From positions 1 to 20,097 of the forward strand of contig JAWXCN010000089.1 in the NCBI GenBank assembly GCA_034408725.1: DNA of 20,097 bases, in the 5' to 3' direction. Positions within the stretch are counted from its first letter, which is position 1. Every line of letters starts with the position of its first letter. The notes under the pieces were generated by a model that was not told where the DNA came from, made no database searches, and saw only the letters and a list, made by a program, of their open reading frames with translations. Origin of the DNA: Candidatus Hydrogenedentota bacterium. Lineage in GTDB: Bacteria; Hydrogenedentota; Hydrogenedentia; Hydrogenedentales; SLHB01. The position numbers and the translations under genes are program-made. Of this stretch, positions 15,543 through 20,097 are shown one piece after another.

Positions 15543-16673
15543 ATGTATCCGATGTTTGTTTTGAATCTTCGGGCGGGTGCGGCGTTGGCCGCGTTCGCTT
15601 TCATATGCGTAATGCCGGCGACAGCCGCGCGCATCAAAGACTTGTGCGAAGTGCAGGGCGCGCGCGGGAACCCGTTAAAAGGGGTGGGTCTTGTGGTCGG
15701 GCTTGCGGGCACGGGCGACAAGAACCTGGACGCGGCGCGACGTCAACTCCAAGTGCTTGATCGTTTGAATGTTGAAGTCGAAAAACTGAAAGACCTCGTG
15801 TCGCAGAACACGGCGGTGGTATTGGTGGACGCGACGTTGCCGGCCTTCGCCAAAGAAGGCACCCGCATTGATGTGCGCGTGAGTTCGATTGGAAACAGCC
15901 AGAGCCTCGAAGGTGGCACCCTGACGGAAACGTTCATGTACGGCCCTGGACCCGCGGATGGAATCGTGTATGCCGTCGCGCAAGGCCCGGTGTCTGTCGG
16001 CGGTTTCAATGCGGAAAGCGCGGGTCTTGGGGGTGGGGCGGCAGTGCGTAAAAACCACGTCACCTCGGGCCGCGTTCCCATGGGCGCTTACATCGAGCGC
16101 GAAGTGCCTTCGACAATAACCGATGGCGAGCGTATCGCGCTCTTGCTGAAACGGGCCGATTTTTCGACCGCGGATAACATTCGCGAAGTTTTGAATGATC
16201 GATACGGCATTGACACGGCGATGGCATTGAGCGCGAGCACGATTACGGTGCGCATTCCGGCGGAACGCCAGTTGGAACTGATCGCGTTCGTGGCGGAAGT
16301 GGAAAGTTTGGAAGTGCGGGCCGATCTGCCCGCTCGCGTTGTCATCAATGAACGCACAGGCACGCTCGTGGTGGGCGGCGATGTGATGATTAAACCCTGC
16401 CAGGTGGCCCACGGTAACTTGAGCATCGAGATCGCGCGCACACCGGACGCAAGCCAACCTGCGCCATTCTCCGAAGGACAGACCGTGGTGACCGCGACGA
16501 CGGATCTTGTTGCTACGGAAGAGACGGCGTATTTAATGCCGGTCGAAGGGACATCCGCGGCGGATGTCGCGATGGCGCTGAACAATTTGAAAGTTACGCC
16601 GCGCGATATGATTGCGATTTTCCAGGCATTACGGCAGGCCGGGGCGCTCGACGCGGACCTGGAGATTATGTAG
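15543..16673 (+). CDS. flgI: Flagellar P-ring protein FlgI
   Basis: ARIKDL, GVGLVVGLAGTGD, SLEGGTL, VINERTGT, QAL..AGAL.A.L; start uncertain (15528, 15543 or 15552). Confidence 0.95.
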   Translation: MYPMFVLNLRAGAALAAFAFICVMPATAARIKDLCEVQGARGNPLKGVGLVVGLAGTGDKNLDAARRQLQVLDRLNVEVEKLKDLVSQNTAVVLVDATLPAFAKEGTRIDVRVSSIGNSQSLEGGTLTETFMYGPGPADGIVYAVAQGPVSVGGFNAESAGLGGGAAVRKNHVTSGRVPMGAYIEREVPSTITDGERIALLLKRADFSTADNIREVLNDRYGIDTAMALSASTITVRIPAERQLELIAFVAEVESLEVRADLPARVVINERTGTLVVGGDVMIKPCQVAHGNLSIEIARTPDASQPAPFSEGQTVVTATTDLVATEETAYLMPVEGTSAADVAMALNNLKVTPRDMIAIFQALRQAGALDADLEIM

Positions 16674-16716
16674 GTGTGCGTTAGATCAAATTTGACTGTA
16701 CGGAGTGAAAATCACA

Positions 16717-16750
16717 TCCCCCTAAATCCCCCTTCAAAGGGGGACTTAAG
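16717..16750. repeat. REP-like C/G-run palindrome
   Basis: TCCCCCTAAATCCCCCTTCAAAGGGGGACTT: stem TCCCCCT/AGGGGGA preceded by a duplicated TCCCCCT. Confidence 0.65.
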
Positions 16751-16764
16751 AAAGTTATGCGCGA

Positions 16765-16810
16765 GGGGACTGTCACCGGCAGCGGCTTTTGGCTGGCGGT
16801 GGCTGTCCCC
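16765..16810. repeat. 46-nt imperfect hairpin with GGGGAC...GTCCCC ends
   Basis: GGGGACTGTCACCGGCAGC pairs with GCTGGCGGTGGCTGTCCCC at 17 of 19 positions (one G-U); no U-tract follows. Confidence 0.65.
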
Positions 16811-16833
16811 GATCCACAACCCGGGGTCAACGC

Positions 16834-17133
16834 ATGCTCTACATTAATCCGCTGGATTCGAGTTTTGCGCGGGGCATGGACCTTGGCGCAGCGCCTGCGC
16901 GGGAAAAACTGGCATACCGGGAACTCGAACATACGTTCCTGAAACATCTGTTGGACGAGATGACGAAATCCATCCCGAAGGACGGATTGTTTGCGAACGG
17001 CGCGGAATCTGACTATCAACGCGAGATGTTGAATGACACGCTCAGCGCTGTGATGGCGGATAGCGGCCAGCTTGGAATTGCCCAGCAGATGGAAGCACAA
17101 CAGGCGGTGGCAAGTGTGGACGTGCTGGGGTAG
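16834..17133 (+). CDS. flgJ: Short FlgJ (rod-binding domain only)
   Basis: ELEHTFLKHLLDEMTKSIP..GLF...ESD.QREML...L...MA.SGQLGIAQQM matches the rod-binding pattern; 99 aa, no muramidase domain; follows flgI. Confidence 0.82.
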   Translation: MLYINPLDSSFARGMDLGAAPAREKLAYRELEHTFLKHLLDEMTKSIPKDGLFANGAESDYQREMLNDTLSAVMADSGQLGIAQQMEAQQAVASVDVLG

Positions 17134-17152
17134 GGTTGACCGTTCCAGACCC

Positions 17153-17180
17153 TCAAGTTCTACCTGGCGCGTGCCGATAT
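17153..17180 (+). promoter_or_regulatory. sigma28 (FliA)-like promoter upstream of flgN-flgL
   Basis: TCAAG-N15-GCCGATAT; the -10 matches GCCGATAA at 7/8; spacer is one base longer than the usual consensus. Confidence 0.65.
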
Positions 17181-17205
17181 AGGGGTGGGCGCAAAGGATG
17201 TACGC

Positions 17206-17706
17206 TTGAACGATTTATTCACCAGACTCTGTGAAGACCTCGACAACGAAGTTGAACGCCAGGAAACGCTATTGGCGGTATGCCGCGCACAATTGGATGC
17301 GCTGAACACACGGAACCTCGCTGCCATCGAAGCGCGCACGGCTGCACTGGACATTCTCGTACGCGAAACGGCGCATGCAGCGGCGGCGCGAACGGTCAGC
17401 ATTTCGGCTGTCGCGCGTGAACTGGTGTTACCGCCGGAGCAGCGGACATTGAGCGGGCTCATTGCGCTCACTTCCAAGCCTTGGAGTGAACGATTGCTGC
17501 ATGCACAGACACGGCTAAAGCGCGTGCTCAACGAGTCCCGGCGGGTCGTTCGCATGAACGCGCACATGCTGCGGCGCTCGCTCGATCTTAACCAACGTCT
17601 TTTGGCCTGTGTCGCGCTTGGCCCGAACCCGGACCCGGCGTATAGCGAGCGCGGGATATTTTCGGCGATCGCCGAAACGCCCGCGCGGATTGACCAGAAG
17701 GGATAG
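17206..17706 (+). CDS. flgN: Flagellar export chaperone FlgN
   Basis: All-helical ~166 aa, Q..AL...N...IE pattern, TLS.L, MN..ML.RSL, C-terminal Y..RG and ID.KG; TTG 17206 after AAGGA. Confidence 0.8.
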   Translation: MNDLFTRLCEDLDNEVERQETLLAVCRAQLDALNTRNLAAIEARTAALDILVRETAHAAAARTVSISAVARELVLPPEQRTLSGLIALTSKPWSERLLHAQTRLKRVLNESRRVVRMNAHMLRRSLDLNQRLLACVALGPNPDPAYSERGIFSAIAETPARIDQKG

Positions 17707-17709
17707 GCC

Positions 17710-18624
17710 ATGGGCATCGGACGTGTCACATCACAAATTCTCGTCTGGCGCGCGCTGTCGAACCTGCGCAACCAGAGTGGGCGAATTGTGGATTTGCAAA
17801 CCCAGCTCGCGTCGGGGCTGCGCGTGAACTCGCCGTCGGACGACCCGATCGATGCGCGGCGCGCGATCAATTCGCGGGCAACGATAGCGAAAAACGAGCA
17901 ATACGTGCAGAACATTGCATCTGCCGGGCCGCGCCTCGAAGAGACCGTGACGTCGCTTCAAACGGTGACGGAGAATTTGTTGCGGACGCGGGAACTCACG
18001 TTGCGCGGCGCGAACGGCACGAACGGGCAGTCTTCATTGGATATCCTCGCGGAAGAGATTAACCAGATATTGGAAGGCGTCGTAAGCACCGCGAACCACC
18101 AGACGGGCAATGCGTACATCTTTGGCGGGACGCGCACGACGCAACCGCCATTCGAAGTCACGCGAGATGCCAACGGCGACATCACCGCGGTTTCCTACGT
18201 GGGCAACACGGACGACATTAACGCCAATATCGGCGATGGCGTCCAGGTGGTGACGAACGAGCCCGGTTCGGCGGTGTTTCAAAGCGCCGAGGACATTTTT
18301 CAAACGATGATTGATATCCGCAACGACATGCTTGCGGGCGATCAGGCAAGCCTTCAGAATGCGCGCATTGGCCAGTTGGAGACCCTGCGCAACCAGATTG
18401 GGCAGGGGATTTCCCGCGTGGGCGCGGTGCAGAACCGTCTCGAAGCCGCGGCCGGCGAGTTGGAAGACTTTCAGCTTCAGTTGCAACAGGTCTTGAGCGA
18501 CTCGATTGACGCGGACTTTGCGGACGTGGTGCTGAATCTGAATGCGCAGAGCAACGCCTACCAGGCCGCGCTCAATGCGGCCAGCCGCGTTATCCAACCC
18601 AGCCTTCTCGATTTCATTCAGTAA
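17710..18624 (+). CDS. flgL: Flagellar hook-associated protein 3 FlgL
   Basis: RVT N-terminus, QLASGLRVNSPSDDP, YIFGGTRT..PPF, Y.GN, C-terminal YQAAL....RVIQPSLLDFI. Confidence 0.92.
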   Translation: MGIGRVTSQILVWRALSNLRNQSGRIVDLQTQLASGLRVNSPSDDPIDARRAINSRATIAKNEQYVQNIASAGPRLEETVTSLQTVTENLLRTRELTLRGANGTNGQSSLDILAEEINQILEGVVSTANHQTGNAYIFGGTRTTQPPFEVTRDANGDITAVSYVGNTDDINANIGDGVQVVTNEPGSAVFQSAEDIFQTMIDIRNDMLAGDQASLQNARIGQLETLRNQIGQGISRVGAVQNRLEAAAGELEDFQLQLQQVLSDSIDADFADVVLNLNAQSNAYQAALNAASRVIQPSLLDFIQ

Positions 18625-18731
18625 ACCGCGGATCCACAATCATCTTCCACATTTGCTATGATGCGTTCTGTTCAGCGCGTGTCATGTGCGGCGCGCATTG
18701 CCCAAACCACAATCGAGCGAAAGAGCAACCT

Positions 18732-19253
18732 ATGTTCAAGCGTCTTGCCGGTCTTGCGTCCGTCCTTATCTTGCTTGCATCCTCGTGCCAAAGTGACGGC
18801 GGAAACGTCGTCGAAAAAGTGAAATACGATTTCGGCATTGGCGAAAAGCCAGAGGGTTACGAGAGCATGTCGGACAAGATCATGACGCGGCTCGAGGCGG
18901 TCGGAAAGACGGAACTGCGGCGCATGAACGTCGAAGGACGGCATGGGACAATCGAGTTTCAGCAGGAAAGCAATCTTCAGGGCAAGTATTACAAGCAGGT
19001 CAAACTGTATGAATCCTACACGGCATTGGAGGCTGTGCCGGTGTCGCGCGGGAGCCAGGGTGATCGCGGTTTTATAGGGTACGTTCAGTTCACCTATCGC
19101 ATGATGCAGAGTGAACGGAAATCCAACCGCACCGAGGCCGAAGCGGAAACGGCTTCCATCCGCACCGATGTTGTTAGCCGCGAAACGTATCGCTACACGT
19201 TTGGGCCTGGGGGAACGTGGGACGGTAATACCGGGGAACTTACGACCCGGTAA
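18732..19253 (+). CDS. Putative lipoprotein of unknown function
   Basis: MFKRLAGLASVLILLASSC: basic n-region, hydrophobic h-region, Cys19 in a lipobox-like context; an extended -10-like TGcTATGAT lies at 18654-18662. Confidence 0.72.
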   Translation: MFKRLAGLASVLILLASSCQSDGGNVVEKVKYDFGIGEKPEGYESMSDKIMTRLEAVGKTELRRMNVEGRHGTIEFQQESNLQGKYYKQVKLYESYTALEAVPVSRGSQGDRGFIGYVQFTYRMMQSERKSNRTEAEAETASIRTDVVSRETYRYTFGPGGTWDGNTGELTTR

Positions 19254-19289
19254 CATGACGCGGACTTTTCACTCTGCTATTCTAACGGT

Positions 19290-19820
19290 TTGACTGCGAA
19301 ACAATTTTTCGATTGGCAGACTTCGGGCGGCACGGATGATGTCATGCGGTTCGTTGACTGCCTTGAACGGGCCGACCTGAGCTGGTGCACAATCAATGGA
19401 ACGGCTGTGAACCATTGGGCAAAGGGACCCATGGTAACCCGGGACTTGGACTTCGTAGTTGCCCCTGACTCCGTTGAGCGCGCCGTGATGCTGCTCGAAG
19501 ATGCAGGATTCGTGTGCGAACGATTCGACTGGTCGATCAATTTTCAAGGCAGGTCTTCGGTGAGTTTTCAATTCAGCACGGGCGAATTTTACCGCGAGTT
19601 TCCATCCCGCGCTGTTCCGGCCGATGTACACGGAATTTTACTGCGTGTGGCGTCACTGGATGACACATTGACGGGAAAATTGCAGGCGTGGTCGGACCCG
19701 TCCCAGCGGCAAAGTAAACGCATCAAGGACCTAGCGGACATTGCCCGCCTGATCGAGTCGCATTCCGGCCTATGGTCCAAGCTCAGTGCCGATCTTCAAC
19801 AAAATATCCAGAAGCCGTAG
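19290..19820 (+). CDS. Nucleotidyltransferase-fold protein (AbiEii/DUF6036-like)
   Basis: hhNG.AV..W...P.VTRDLDFVV resembles the GG.A....T.D.D NTase motif; C-terminal K......RQSKRIKDLADI; TTG start. Confidence 0.75.
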   Translation: MTAKQFFDWQTSGGTDDVMRFVDCLERADLSWCTINGTAVNHWAKGPMVTRDLDFVVAPDSVERAVMLLEDAGFVCERFDWSINFQGRSSVSFQFSTGEFYREFPSRAVPADVHGILLRVASLDDTLTGKLQAWSDPSQRQSKRIKDLADIARLIESHSGLWSKLSADLQQNIQKP

Positions 19821-19949
19821 CGGTTTAAGGACAGGGAGGGCGCATGATTCGGCCGGGCAATCGCGCTTAAGTATCAAATACCCGGAGTGATCCGAAGAAA
19901 GGTGGCGCTACGCGCAGCCAAAAGAAGTCCAAAATCCGCGCGGAGCGCC

Positions 19950-20097
19950 TTGGAGTGCGGCAGCGGGTAGCTGCCGCTTTCCATTTCCTGGGGAAAGTCG
20001 CTTCGCAATTAAGCGAGATTGCGCTGGCTTCGATTCGTCTGTCCCTGAAGCCTTCAAGGTTACTGGACGATTTCGAGTACCCCGAAGTGAAAGCGGC
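19950..20097. repeat. REP-like palindrome plus the start of a probable inverted partner copy (cut by the window end)
   Basis: TTGGAGT-GCGGCAGC-GGGTA-GCTGCCGC-TTTC (19950-19981); the last 9 bases GAAAGCGGC are the reverse complement of 19973-19981. Confidence 0.65.

Noticed and set aside
14855-16706. Exact 14-bp direct repeat TGACTGTACGGAGT at 14855-14868 and 16693-16706, flanking flgH-flgI
   Set aside because: About 0.7 such matches are expected by chance in 20 kb (N^2/2 divided by 4^14), and it contains an RBS-like GGAG; the gene-boundary location is curious but not enough alone.
17710-18624. Flagellin (fliC) assignment
   Set aside because: SPSDDP, YIFGGTRT..PPF and the SLLDFI terminus indicate FlgL.
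19844-19870. GGAGG RBS followed by an 8-codon ORF (MIRPGNRA)
   Set aside because: Too short, and no recognisable continuation in other frames to support a pseudogene call.

Overview
Bacterial chromosomal window, GC-rich, from a flagellated diderm (it encodes L- and P-rings). Left to right: the end of an unknown CDS; a DUF2059-like exported protein; a minus-strand radA-disA-pyrK run; a divergent lysA; a decayed hicB-hicA toxin-antitoxin locus (absent from the ORF track) back-to-back with a second orphan hicB; a Tat-exported Gfo/Idh/MocA oxidoreductase; a NatA-like ABC ATPase plus a NatB-like permease fused to a CPBP/CAAX protease domain; a ~310-bp element of nested inverted repeats whose arms are 7-mer and 6-mer tandem repeats; a small membrane protein; an SDR; a flagellar cluster flgF-G-A-H-I-J-N-L with a consensus sigma54 promoter, a long structured leader and an internal sigma28-like promoter, but no flgK or flgM; a putative lipoprotein; an orphan nucleotidyltransferase; and a REP-like palindrome cut by the window edge. 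The least explained signals are non-coding: several unrelated palindromic or tandem repeat types in the spacers, especially 10511-10821. All calls come from motif recognition by eye; no searches were run.
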